A DNA stretch of 32,000 nucleotides. It comes from Candidatus Saccharimonas aalborgensis. GTDB lineage: Bacteria; Patescibacteriota; Saccharimonadia; Saccharimonadales; Saccharimonadaceae. The stretch is taken from positions 1 to 32,000 of the forward strand of contig NC_021219.1 in assembly GCF_000392435.1 (NCBI RefSeq). Reading direction: 5' to 3'. Positions 18,317 to 27,901 of this stretch are shown one piece after another; position 1 is the first letter of the stretch, and every line of letters starts with the position of its first letter. The notes under the pieces are model-generated. The model saw only the letters and a program-made list of their open reading frames with translations. It did no database searches and was not told the DNA's origin. The translations under genes were made by a program, and so were the position numbers.

Positions 18317-18565
18317 AGAAAAGCGGTTCCTTGATTAGATCAATTTTATAAAACTATGGTAGACGTTTTAGCGTCTATCGCTGCATGTTCGAAGCGCAGC
18401 AAACGCCTGACACGCTCGTCCCTTTGCCATCATGCTTCGTTCGCACCGTGAAACAGAGATGACTAAGAGATGAAACTCATCTTTCATCGTACCAAAAAGT
18501 CATGCTTTTGTCTAGTGCATTGCACGATGGCACCCCCCGGGGTAAAATAAGCGTGAGAACTATTC

Positions 18566-19555
18566 ATGAATAATCAACCGCCTCCCCCCATTAGCCAAGA
18601 TGATTTCACGACACCGTCTGCACTTCCGCCGACTGACCCTCTCTTGGGAAAGGTTCGATCTGAGCGCCGCTGGCATCCACACCGCGCAAAATTACTGCTT
18701 ATTGGTGTTATAGCTACGGTGACCTTGATAGTGATTGGGACATTTCTGCTCTTTGGCCGACCCACGCCAAAAAATACCGTTGAGCAGCCACAGACCCGAG
18801 TGGACACGGTGCCTGATCTCACTGCGGCAGAAACAATCATCAAGCTGAGAAGCGTATTTAAAGGGAGCGCTCTTGCCCCCACTCCACCCAGCGTCCCTAT
18901 ACAAACTGCAAATCACAACTACTATACCGTCGTGACAGATCCGTCAGAGGTAGCAAAAACAAGTCTTTCGGGCCCAATTAATTACCCCGATACTGATGAG
19001 ATTATTGTTTCCATAAAGTCAGTCTTTGAAACAAATCACTTTTCACCGATTGTCCTAAAAGATGGTGGCAACAATGCCTCAGTCCTTATTGAGTACACCC
19101 GAAAGGACGTTGTTTGCCAGCTTGATGTCAGTTCACCGACAACCGTGAAACCCATTACCCAGTCGGTATCGGTGAGTTGTCTCGATATGAAACAGTACGA
19201 AACGCTCGCCCGAGCCCAAGAACCCTTTTACCGCGCCTACTCACCGGCATTAACAGCGAGCTATGCGATTGCGCTCATTGGCGCTCCGAGCGTAAAAAAC
19301 GGTGGTACCGCGGGATACCAGACTGCGATCATTGCTGTTGGTACCGTTGCCGAACGTACGAAGGTAACAGGCGGCGTCACTCCTCGATTTTATGCTGCGA
19401 GCGACCAAGTATGGCATTACTTTACCGATCGCGTCGGCGATCTCACCTGTGACATCTACGCAACGAACGATATTAAAACTGCTTACGCAGGGACACCGTG
19501 TTATAGCACTGCCAGCAAAAAGATGAGTGTCGTCAAAGCGCCAAATACGAAATAA
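18566..19555 (+). CDS. Hypothetical single-TM protein with Pro-rich N-terminus
   Basis: Complete ORF MNNQPPPPISQDDF... with TM KLLLIGVIATVTLIVIGTFLLFG, followed by an extracellular-type domain containing four Cys. Confidence 0.75.
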   Translation: MNNQPPPPISQDDFTTPSALPPTDPLLGKVRSERRWHPHRAKLLLIGVIATVTLIVIGTFLLFGRPTPKNTVEQPQTRVDTVPDLTAAETIIKLRSVFKGSALAPTPPSVPIQTANHNYYTVVTDPSEVAKTSLSGPINYPDTDEIIVSIKSVFETNHFSPIVLKDGGNNASVLIEYTRKDVVCQLDVSSPTTVKPITQSVSVSCLDMKQYETLARAQEPFYRAYSPALTASYAIALIGAPSVKNGGTAGYQTAIIAVGTVAERTKVTGGVTPRFYAASDQVWHYFTDRVGDLTCDIYATNDIKTAYAGTPCYSTASKKMSVVKAPNTK

Positions 19556-19569
19556 TCATCCTATTCATT

Positions 19570-19605
19570 ACAACAACTCCCTGCTTTACCGCAGGGAGTT
19601 GTTGT
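19570..19605. terminator. Hairpin between the convergent genes 18566..19555(+) and rpoC(-)
   Basis: Perfect 15-bp stem ACAACAACTCCCTGC / GCAGGGAGTTGTTGT with loop TTTACC. No clear U tract on either side. Confidence 0.6.
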
Positions 19606-19637
19606 GGTGGCGGAAGTATTCGTTTCCCTCGACGCAG

Positions 19638-22600
19638 TTACACGGCGAGTTCGATATCAACTGCGATATCATCGATGACTTCAGCCTGCTCATCATTTGC
19701 CGAGATCGCTCCGGTACCAACCGGAATCTTTCGACCGATGATGACGTTTTCTTTGAGACCGTTCAAGTGATCGGCCCGGCCGCTTGTTGCTGCGTTGATA
19801 AGCACGCGAGTTGTATCCTGGAATGACGCCGCAGAAAGCCAGCTGTCGCTCCAGATAGAAACTTTTGTGATACCAAGCAATAGCTGCGTGTATTGTGCGG
19901 GTACTTTACCACTTGCGACAAGTGCAGCATTGGTATCAACGACCGATGCTTTCGATACAATGTCACCAGTTACAAATGTACTGTCACCAGGATCTTCTAC
20001 CTGAACACGGCTAAACATCTGACGCACAATGATCTCAAGGTGCTTGTCGGCAACATCTTGACCTTGCGCTGCGTAGATACGCAACACTTCGTTGATGATG
20101 TAGCGTTGAGTTGCTTCGGTACCCTTCAGACGCATCAAATCATGCAGGTTCAATGAGCCGATTGTTAGCCTATCGCCAGCTTCAACATAGTCACCCTTTT
20201 TAACAACCAGCTGCATTGTGCCAGGCACTTCATAGCGCACTGGTGCACTTGCGTTGGCGGCGAGTACCAGAGAATCTTCTGCAATCTCTACTACGCCGTC
20301 AAATGGTGCGGTCAGAGGGTGGGCTTCTCCTTCTGCTGTCGCGAGAACATCGCCAACTTTCACACTACTGCCCGCCTTGATGCTAACCGTTCGGCCCTCA
20401 AGCGGCATGCGCTCGACATGACCAGCCTCTGGCGTGACCTGTACGACGTACTTGCTGCCATCTTCCCAAATATCAACACTACCTGTGACCTCTGTCACAT
20501 AGGCTTGACCTTTTGGATTTCGAGCTTCAAACAACTCCTCAACACGCGGTAGACCTTGGGTAATGTCTGATCCACCGACACCTGAGCTGTGGAACGTGTT
20601 CAACGTCAACTGTGTTCCTGGCTCACCAACTGACTGTGCAGCAATAACACCGACAGGTTGAGCAGTAGCAACCAAGTTACCAGTTGCCATATCGATACCA
20701 TAACTGCGCTGCGGAATACCTCGCAAATTGTTGGTCGAGAGCACCGACTGAATCTTTACTTCTGTGATCTTCTCATCAGCCTGAATTGCGTCTGCAATCT
20801 CACGCGTGATGACTTTGTTAGCAGCAATATATCCCGGAACTTCCTCCGCAGTGAAACGGCCATAGAGGCGATTACCGAAATCGATCATCGTTAGCTCAGA
20901 TTCTGAGCGGTAAATTGAGAATCCCTTGTCATCACCCTCTTCGTCTGCAACCGTAAAGACATCTTGGCTCACATCGACAAGGCGACGGGTCAGGTAGCCG
21001 GAGTCAGCAGTCTTGAGCGCAGTGTCAATCAATCCCTTACGAGCACCACGTGTTGCCACGAATGCCTCAAGGCTTGAAAGACCTTTTTTGAAGTTACTGC
21101 GAACTGGCAGCTCAATTTCACGGTTAGCAGCATCCACCTGAATACCGATCATCGCACTGGCTAGCTTGACGTTAGTAATGTTACTACGTGCACCTGAGTT
21201 AACCATTGTCGAGATACTGGTATCCATTTTTGTAAGCTCGTTACGAAGGAAATCCTCGATTTTACGGTCAACACCGCGCCAATTTGCAACTGTAAGGCTG
21301 TAACGTTCATCATCAGTGATGAGACCCTGGTCATACTGATCAGAGACAAGAGCGGTTTTCGTATCGCCTTCAGCGATAAACTCACTGATCTCATCGAAGC
21401 TCAGGTAGTCCTGCATACCAGTTGAGACGGCGCTAGTAGTGGCAAAGCGAAATGCCAAACCTTTCATGCGGTCAGCGGTACGCGCCGTTTCCTCAGCTCC
21501 GTAGATATCAAAGATTTGTGCCAACACTTTCTTGAGTTCTTTTTTGTTTTGGACATTGTTGTTGAATGGGAAATCTTCAGGCAGGATTTCGTTGAAGAAT
21601 ACGCGTCCGAGAGTTGTCGTGCGGATATCACCTTTTGCACGAACACGAATCGGGCTTTGCAGCTGCAACTTGTGCATGTCATACGCCAGTTCAGCATCTC
21701 GGCTGTCAGCAAAGACCGCTACCTTATCAGTTTGCGCACTTGGCTTATCGTATGTCAGGTAATAGTTACCCAGAACGATATCCTGGTTGATATTGAGCAC
21801 TGGGCTACCATCGGCTGGTTTGAGCAAATTATTGACGGCACTCATGAGATCGCGAGCTTCGGCTTGTGCTTCTTTGCTCAGCGGCAAATGAACAGCCATC
21901 TGGTCACCGTCGTAGTCGGCGTTGAATCCACTTGCAACAAGCGGATGAAGTTGAATCGCCTTTCCTTCGACAAGAACGGGCATAAAGGCCTGAATACTCA
22001 AACGGTGAAGTGACGGCGCACGGTTGAGAAGCACATACTTGCCCTCGATACAGGCATCTAATGCGTCCCATACGACTGCTTCACCTGCCTCGATGAGCCG
22101 AGTAGCGCTACGAATATTGTGCGCATATTCACCGCGGATAAGCCAGCTGATGACAAACGGCTTAAACAGCTCGAGTGCCATTTGTTTTGGCAGGCCGCAT
22201 TGGTCGATTTTGAGTTTAGGACCAACCACAATAACCGAGCGACCCGAATAGTCGACGCGCTTACCGAGGAGGTTTTGACGGAATCGACCCTGCTTACCTT
22301 TTAGCATATCGCTAATGCTTTTGAGCCGTCGTCGTCCACCTGTCGCATTGACCGCACGACCACCACGGGCCGCTGAATTGTCGATAAGACTGTCGACCGC
22401 TTCTTGAAGCATACGCATTTCATTACGTCGAATTACTTCTGGTGCGTTCAGGTCGATAAGTTTCTTGAGGCGGTTATTTCGATTGATGACACGTCGATAG
22501 AGGTCGTTGAGGTCACTGGTCGCAAATCGCCCACCGGTCAGTTGCACCATAGGCCGCAGGTCGGGAGGGATCACCGGCAAGACTGTCAGGCATAGGCTGC

Positions 22601-23471
22601 TTGGCTTGATACCAGCCGCTTGCATACCCTCAAGTACCTTGAGACGCTTCAGTAGCTTCTTTTCACGCTGACCTTTGGCTCCAGCAACTTCCTCGCTGAG
22701 TTCAGCAATAAGTGCCGACAAATCAACTTCGTCAAGCAACGCTTTGAGCGCTGTGCCACCCATTCCAACAGTGACAAGCTCCTCGTATTCCTCAGGCAAA
22801 TTGCGGAAATCTGTCTCGCCGATAAGCGCATGTCGAACAAGGCCCTCGAGCTGAGTCTTTTTTACAATATAGCTTGACTCGAGCTCTTCGAGTTCTCGTG
22901 ACTGCTCCTCGGCTAGTTTCTTGACGTCGGCACCTTCAGCCGCAGCTTCTTTTTCAAAGCGTATCTTGATAGCTATCCGGCCAGCATCAGTTTCAGCTTC
23001 CAGATCAGCCAAGAATTGATCACGCTTCTCACTGTCGACTTCGAGGATAACATAGGTCGCAAAGTAAGCAATCCGCTCAAGATTACGCACCGTGATACCC
23101 AGTAGCAAGCTCATCGCGCTCGGTGTACCACGCATAAACCAAATATGTGCGACCGGTGCAGCCAGGTTGATGTGGCCCATTCGTTCACGCCGAACAATCG
23201 ATTTAGTGACCAGTTCACCATTTTTGTCGACAGCAGCTTCACGTGAGCGTACCCCTTTGAGCTTATTGTCGTGTGGGTTGATATCCTTAACTGGTCCAAA
23301 GATTCGTTCGCAGAACAGTCCATCTCGCTCTGGCTTTTGTGTTCGGTAATTTATGGTTTCAGGCTTAGTGACCTCACCATAGCTCCATTTGAGAATGTCA
23401 TCTGGACTTGCAACAGCCAAACGAACAGCATCAAAATCAGCGATACCTGTCGTAGCAACAACGCGCGACAT
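19638..23471 (-). CDS. rpoC: DNA-directed RNA polymerase subunit beta'
   Basis: [105 protein letters not shown]. Confidence 0.98.
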   Translation of the reverse strand: MSRVVATTGIADFDAVRLAVASPDDILKWSYGEVTKPETINYRTQKPERDGLFCERIFGPVKDINPHDNKLKGVRSREAAVDKNGELVTKSIVRRERMGHINLAAPVAHIWFMRGTPSAMSLLLGITVRNLERIAYFATYVILEVDSEKRDQFLADLEAETDAGRIAIKIRFEKEAAAEGADVKKLAEEQSRELEELESSYIVKKTQLEGLVRHALIGETDFRNLPEEYEELVTVGMGGTALKALLDEVDLSALIAELSEEVAGAKGQREKKLLKRLKVLEGMQAAGIKPSSLCLTVLPVIPPDLRPMVQLTGGRFATSDLNDLYRRVINRNNRLKKLIDLNAPEVIRRNEMRMLQEAVDSLIDNSAARGGRAVNATGGRRRLKSISDMLKGKQGRFRQNLLGKRVDYSGRSVIVVGPKLKIDQCGLPKQMALELFKPFVISWLIRGEYAHNIRSATRLIEAGEAVVWDALDACIEGKYVLLNRAPSLHRLSIQAFMPVLVEGKAIQLHPLVASGFNADYDGDQMAVHLPLSKEAQAEARDLMSAVNNLLKPADGSPVLNINQDIVLGNYYLTYDKPSAQTDKVAVFADSRDAELAYDMHKLQLQSPIRVRAKGDIRTTTLGRVFFNEILPEDFPFNNNVQNKKELKKVLAQIFDIYGAEETARTADRMKGLAFRFATTSAVSTGMQDYLSFDEISEFIAEGDTKTALVSDQYDQGLITDDERYSLTVANWRGVDRKIEDFLRNELTKMDTSISTMVNSGARSNITNVKLASAMIGIQVDAANREIELPVRSNFKKGLSSLEAFVATRGARKGLIDTALKTADSGYLTRRLVDVSQDVFTVADEEGDDKGFSIYRSESELTMIDFGNRLYGRFTAEEVPGYIAANKVITREIADAIQADEKITEVKIQSVLSTNNLRGIPQRSYGIDMATGNLVATAQPVGVIAAQSVGEPGTQLTLNTFHSSGVGGSDITQGLPRVEELFEARNPKGQAYVTEVTGSVDIWEDGSKYVVQVTPEAGHVERMPLEGRTVSIKAGSSVKVGDVLATAEGEAHPLTAPFDGVVEIAEDSLVLAANASAPVRYEVPGTMQLVVKKGDYVEAGDRLTIGSLNLHDLMRLKGTEATQRYIINEVLRIYAAQGQDVADKHLEIIVRQMFSRVQVEDPGDSTFVTGDIVSKASVVDTNAALVASGKVPAQYTQLLLGITKVSIWSDSWLSAASFQDTTRVLINAATSGRADHLNGLKENVIIGRKIPVGTGAISANDEQAEVIDDIAVDIELAV

Positions 23472-23472
23472 G

Positions 23473-26400
23473 TTAGGCCTCCTCTCTATCTTGTTCAGTG
23501 GTTATTTCTTCATATAGTTCATCGTATTCTTCATCGACATCACTAATTTGACCTTCGTTATCAATATCACGCACGGTCACGCCATCGTCTTCATCTATCT
23601 CACCAAGTTCGTCTGATTCGTCGAGTACATATTCCTTGTCTTCCTCGATAACAGGTACGGTTTTATCCTCAGGACCGCTCTGTTCGATAACACTCTCTGC
23701 ATCAAACTCTTCACCTTCGTCGATGAGGTCAACCCTGAGACCAAGACCCTGCAATTCTTTCACCAACACGTTGAAGCTCTCGGGAAGTTTCGGACCGGTG
23801 ATGACATCGTCTTTGATAATTGACTCATAGGCCTTTGCGCGACCATAGACGTCGTCAGATTTGATTGTTAGCATTTCCTGTAGAGTACTTGCCGCACCGT
23901 ACGCCTCAAGCGCCCAGACCTCCATCTCACCAAAGCGCTGGCCACCATTTTGAGCTTTTCCGCCCAGTGGCTGCTGCGTCACCATGGTGTATGGACCAGT
24001 CGATCGAGCGTGAATCTTGTCGCTGACCATGTGGTGTAATTTGATCATATGCATCACACCAACGGTTGAGCGCTCTTCAAATGCCTCACCTGAACGCCCG
24101 TCATAGAGCTGACTCTTACCGTCAGGTGCGAAACCGGCTTTCTTCAGCTCATCTTCGATAACGGTATTTGGAACCCCATTAAATGGTGGTGTTGCCACAC
24201 GATACCCGAGAGCTCGTGCCGCCATACCGAGGTGTGTCTCAAACAACTGGCCGAGGTTCATACGACTTGGCACGCCGAGTGGGTTCAAGACAATGTCAAC
24301 AGCGGTTCCATCAGCGAGGAATGGCATATCCTCAACTGGCAATATACGTGCCACTACACCCTTGTTACCGTGACGTCCGGCGAGCTTGTCTCCCACGCTA
24401 ATCTTGCGTAATTGAGCAACAAAAATCTGGATTTGCATCAAAACGCCAGCTTTGAGCTCATGGCCATTCTCGCGACTAAATATCTTTACACCAACAACCT
24501 TGCCGCCGCCTGCGTTATTCATGCGCTGGCTTGTATCGCGAACATCTTTTGCTTTTTCACCAAAGATCGCGCGGAGCAACCGCTCCTCAGAGCTCAATTC
24601 TTGTTCGCCCTTCGGTGTGATTTTTCCGACTAATACATCACCGGCCTTCACTTCACTCCCGATTTGAACGATACCGTTCTCATCAAGATGACGTAGGCTC
24701 TCTTCACTCACATTTGGAATATCACGAGTGACGATCTCAGGACCAAGCTTTGTCTCACGGACTTCTACGTTGTAATCCTTGATGTTGATGCTCGTGAGGG
24801 AATCATCCTCGACGAGGCTGCGGCTAATGACAACGGCGTCGTCCATGTTGTAACCACCCCACGGCATAAAGGCTACCAAAAGATCGCGACCGAGAGCTAA
24901 CTCTCCATCGGCAATTGATGCACCTTCGATGAGAACATCACCTTTTTTAACCGTATCTCCACGACTAACGCGTACTTTCTGATTGATACTTCGATCGTCG
25001 TTACTCTTTGCAAAGTGGATTGGTGCATATTGCTTGGCACCGTCCTTGTAGGCAACTTCGACAATATCTGCGTCAGCACGAATAACTTCACCGGCAGCTT
25101 CTGCTACCACCAACTGTGATGAGTCACGCGCGACCGCACCCTCAATGCCTGTTCCTACAGTAGGAGCTTCAGGTGTTAGCAGGGGAACTGCCTGACGTTG
25201 CATGTTTGAGCCAGTCAAGCTTCGATCGATACGGTTCTTTTCGATAAATGGCACCAGCGCTGCGGTTGAACCCAAGATCTGCTTGTGAGCAGCATCCATA
25301 AATGTCACCTCAGACGCATCAACCTCACCCGGCTTCAAAAACTTACGTGCACTTACGCGTTCATTGACAAACTTGTTGTTGGCATCAAGTTCTGCACCAG
25401 CGTCAGCGATGACTTCAGTAACTTCCTGACTTGCGTCAAGATACACCACTTCATCAGTTACCTTGCCGTTTTTGACACGGAGATATGGTGTTTCGATAAA
25501 GCCATATTCATTGACCCGCGCATAGGCAGCGAGGTTGAGCACTAGGCCGATATTAGCACCTTCTGGTGTTTCGACAGAACAGATACGACCATAGTGGGTG
25601 GGGTGGGCGTCGCGGACATCAAATCCAGCACGCTCACGACTTAGTCCACCAGGGCCCATACTACTGAGGCGTCGTTTGTGGCTCAATTCTGAGAGCGGGT
25701 TAACCTCGTCAAGAAGCTGAGAAAGCTGGCTCGATGCAAAAAACTCACGCACAGCAGCGACGACTGGTCGAGCGTTAATGAGTTGGCTCGGTGTGACAGT
25801 GGTGATATCGCTCATGCTCATGCGATCCATGGCATTTCGCTGCATACGAAGCATACCAACGCGGAACTGACGAGCAACGAGCTCACCGACCAATTTGATG
25901 CGGCGATTGCTGAGTGCGTCGATATCATCGCCGGCTTCTTGTGTATTATTCATCCGGATGAGCTCACGAATGATAGCAACGAGGTCATCGAGTTGGAATA
26001 CTCGATGCTCAGTCGTGTTTGGTGTCGTGAGGCCAAGGCGTTGGTTCATCTTATAACGACCAACGCGTGAGTAATCAAATCGTTTGAAGTCATAAAACAT
26101 TCGCTCGATCATCTGGCGAGCGTTGTCAACTGTGGCCAAGTCACCTGGGCGAAGGCGTCGGTACACCTCGATCAATGCTTCATTGACACCATGAGCTGGG
26201 TCTTTTTCGAGGGTAGCATCGATATATTTGATATCTCCGGTATCGATATCTTTGAACAACTCTTTGATTTCATTTACTTTGCTATACCCAAGGGCGCGCA
26301 GTAGGGTTGTGACGGCGATTTTTCGGCGACGATCAATCTTCACATACAGTGCACCATTGCTGGCGGTCTCAAATTCGAGCCATGCACCGCGACCAGGGAT

Positions 26401-26883
26401 CAGCTTTGCACTATAAAGATTTCGTGTTGCACCACGCTCAGCGGTAAAGAACACGCCCGCGCTTCGGATCAACTGGCTCACGACAACGCGCTCTGTTCCA
26501 TTGATGATAAAGGTGCCGCGATCGGTCATCCAGGGATAATCACCGAGGTAGATTTCCTGCTCTTTGACTTCACCGGTAACTTTATTGGTGAGTTCGATCA
26601 TAACATGCAATGGTGCATCAAAGGTCAGGTTATTTTCTTTTGCAAATGCTTCTTGGTTTTTTGGCTCCTGAAAGGCATACTGCTTGAATCGTAGTTCCAA
26701 CTTTTGACCAGTATAGTCCTCGATTGGATTGAGCTCTGCAAAGATTTCGCTGAGACCGGTCTCGACGAAATCTTTCCAAGACTCCTTTTGATGCGCGATA
26801 AGATTTGGTAGCGGCAGCGCACTATCGTCTTTCGTGAAAAAAACGCGTTTGGCTGGAGCGGCCGCAGGCTTTGATTTTGCCAT
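23473..26883 (-). CDS. rpoB: DNA-directed RNA polymerase subunit beta
   Basis: FFASSQLSQLLDEVNPLSELSHKRRLSSMGPGGLSRERAGFDVRDAHPTHYGRICSVETPEGANIGLV; VGDKLAGRHGNKGVVARILP. Confidence 0.98.
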   Translation of the reverse strand: MAKSKPAAAPAKRVFFTKDDSALPLPNLIAHQKESWKDFVETGLSEIFAELNPIEDYTGQKLELRFKQYAFQEPKNQEAFAKENNLTFDAPLHVMIELTNKVTGEVKEQEIYLGDYPWMTDRGTFIINGTERVVVSQLIRSAGVFFTAERGATRNLYSAKLIPGRGAWLEFETASNGALYVKIDRRRKIAVTTLLRALGYSKVNEIKELFKDIDTGDIKYIDATLEKDPAHGVNEALIEVYRRLRPGDLATVDNARQMIERMFYDFKRFDYSRVGRYKMNQRLGLTTPNTTEHRVFQLDDLVAIIRELIRMNNTQEAGDDIDALSNRRIKLVGELVARQFRVGMLRMQRNAMDRMSMSDITTVTPSQLINARPVVAAVREFFASSQLSQLLDEVNPLSELSHKRRLSSMGPGGLSRERAGFDVRDAHPTHYGRICSVETPEGANIGLVLNLAAYARVNEYGFIETPYLRVKNGKVTDEVVYLDASQEVTEVIADAGAELDANNKFVNERVSARKFLKPGEVDASEVTFMDAAHKQILGSTAALVPFIEKNRIDRSLTGSNMQRQAVPLLTPEAPTVGTGIEGAVARDSSQLVVAEAAGEVIRADADIVEVAYKDGAKQYAPIHFAKSNDDRSINQKVRVSRGDTVKKGDVLIEGASIADGELALGRDLLVAFMPWGGYNMDDAVVISRSLVEDDSLTSINIKDYNVEVRETKLGPEIVTRDIPNVSEESLRHLDENGIVQIGSEVKAGDVLVGKITPKGEQELSSEERLLRAIFGEKAKDVRDTSQRMNNAGGGKVVGVKIFSRENGHELKAGVLMQIQIFVAQLRKISVGDKLAGRHGNKGVVARILPVEDMPFLADGTAVDIVLNPLGVPSRMNLGQLFETHLGMAARALGYRVATPPFNGVPNTVIEDELKKAGFAPDGKSQLYDGRSGEAFEERSTVGVMHMIKLHHMVSDKIHARSTGPYTMVTQQPLGGKAQNGGQRFGEMEVWALEAYGAASTLQEMLTIKSDDVYGRAKAYESIIKDDVITGPKLPESFNVLVKELQGLGLRVDLIDEGEEFDAESVIEQSGPEDKTVPVIEEDKEYVLDESDELGEIDEDDGVTVRDIDNEGQISDVDEEYDELYEEITTEQDREEA

Positions 26884-27038
26884 ACATACTCCCTGATAGA
26901 TGATGGTTAATATAGTGTTGTGTTATCGTCTGTGCTTTGGCGCCGAAGCTTTACTAAATGGGGATACGCATACCAAAACGCCACGCCACTGGCACGGTAC
27001 ACAAAATTATCCCGCATTACACAATCTTCATTGCTTTG

Positions 27039-27068
27039 ATTGTACTATAGCCGACATGCTCTTGTCAA
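27039..27068 (-). promoter_or_regulatory. Sigma70-type promoter for rpoBC
   Basis: On the minus strand: TTGACA (27063-27068), 18-bp spacer, TACAAT (27039-27044), upstream of the rpoB start at 26883. Confidence 0.65.
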
Positions 27069-27102
27069 CAAACTATACTCTCCACTTATCCTATCGGTAC
27101 AT

Positions 27103-27696
27103 TTATTGTTTGGTGGCGAGGACGGTATCGATAAGGCCATAGCGCTTTGCATCCGTCGCACTCATCCAAAAATCTCGCTCCATGTCAGCCTTTACTTTAC
27201 TGAGTTTTTGGCCGGTATTCTCTGTCATGATGGCGGCCAATTTTTCTTTTAGCTCAACCGCCTCACGTAGCGTAATTTCTTGATCTGTTACTTTACCCTG
27301 CGTGCCGCTACTCGGCTGATGTATCATCACTCGCGCATTTGGCAATAAGTGCCGTTTTCCCTTTGCGCCACTGCTCAGCAACAGCGCTCCCATGCTAGCT
27401 TGCAATCCGATACCATAAGTAGCGACATCTGGCTTGATATAGTTCATCGTGTCATAAATAGCCAGGCCATCATACACACTCCCACCGGGACTATTGATGT
27501 AGAGGTGAATATCCTTCTCGGGATCCTCATTCGCGAGATGCAGTAGCTGGGCTACTACCACGTTTGCGGTGTGCTCGTTGATTTCTTCACCGATAAAGAT
27601 AATTCTATCCTCAAGCAGACGGGAATAAATATCATAGCCGCGCTCTCCGTCACGCGTTTTGACAATCACATTTGGTACAAGATAGCTTTTCGTCAT
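27103..27696 (-). CDS. clpP: ATP-dependent Clp protease proteolytic subunit
   Basis: [38 protein letters not shown] (Ser), [11 protein letters not shown] (His), [18 protein letters not shown] (Asp). Start [11 protein letters not shown] at 27696. Confidence 0.96.
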   Translation of the reverse strand: MTKSYLVPNVIVKTRDGERGYDIYSRLLEDRIIFIGEEINEHTANVVVAQLLHLANEDPEKDIHLYINSPGGSVYDGLAIYDTMNYIKPDVATYGIGLQASMGALLLSSGAKGKRHLLPNARVMIHQPSSGTQGKVTDQEITLREAVELKEKLAAIMTENTGQKLSKVKADMERDFWMSATDAKRYGLIDTVLATKQ

Positions 27697-27705
27697 AGTG
27701 TCTCT

Positions 27706-27749
27706 AGTATACCGCAGTAAATTAGCACTCGTCAAGTCTGAGTGCTAAT
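27706..27749 (-). promoter_or_regulatory. CIRCE operator (HrcA-binding type) overlapping a sigma70-type promoter for clpP
   Basis: TTAGCACTC-GTCAAGTCT-GAGTGCTAA at 27722-27748 (perfect 9-9-9 CIRCE; the repeat extends one base each side). On the minus strand TTGACG (27730-27735), 18-bp spacer, TATACT (27706-27711). Confidence 0.9.
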
Positions 27750-27776
27750 TTAGCTTCTGATAAACAATAACTTAAG

Positions 27777-27884
27777 CCTCAGCCCCCCCGACAGACAGTT
27801 GGCCCTGATGGGCCAAGGCCCGCCAAGAGCGAAGGCTGATTCAGTTAGCGGCGGGCCGGTTGCTGGAGTGGGGAGGGGGTGAGG
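27777..27884. other. Multi-hairpin structured element between tig and clpP
   Basis: Outer CCTCAgCCCCC / GGGGGTGAGG; hairpin TTGGCCC-TGAT-GGGCCAA (27799-27816); stem GGCCCGCC (27817-27824) / GGCGGGCC (27850-27857). Confidence 0.55.
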
Positions 27885-27901
27885 CGGAATAGACACTAGC
27901 T

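Noticed and set aside
18469-18488. Short GATGAAA/TTTCATC hairpin upstream of rpsL
   Set aside because: Only a 7-bp A/T-rich stem; weak and easily expected by chance.
19570-19605. Strong inverted repeat considered as a mobile-element end or CRISPR repeat
   Set aside because: Single copy in the window, between convergent genes; most simply a terminator-like hairpin.
21516-22013. 165 aa plus-strand ORF, plus many 60-100 aa ORFs across 19.7-26.8 kb
   Set aside because: All lie inside rpoC or rpoB on the opposite strand or in alternative frames.
27777-27884. Structured element considered as a tRNA or SRP RNA
   Set aside because: No T-loop GTTCGA-type sequence, no anticodon arm, and no SRP apical-loop motif.
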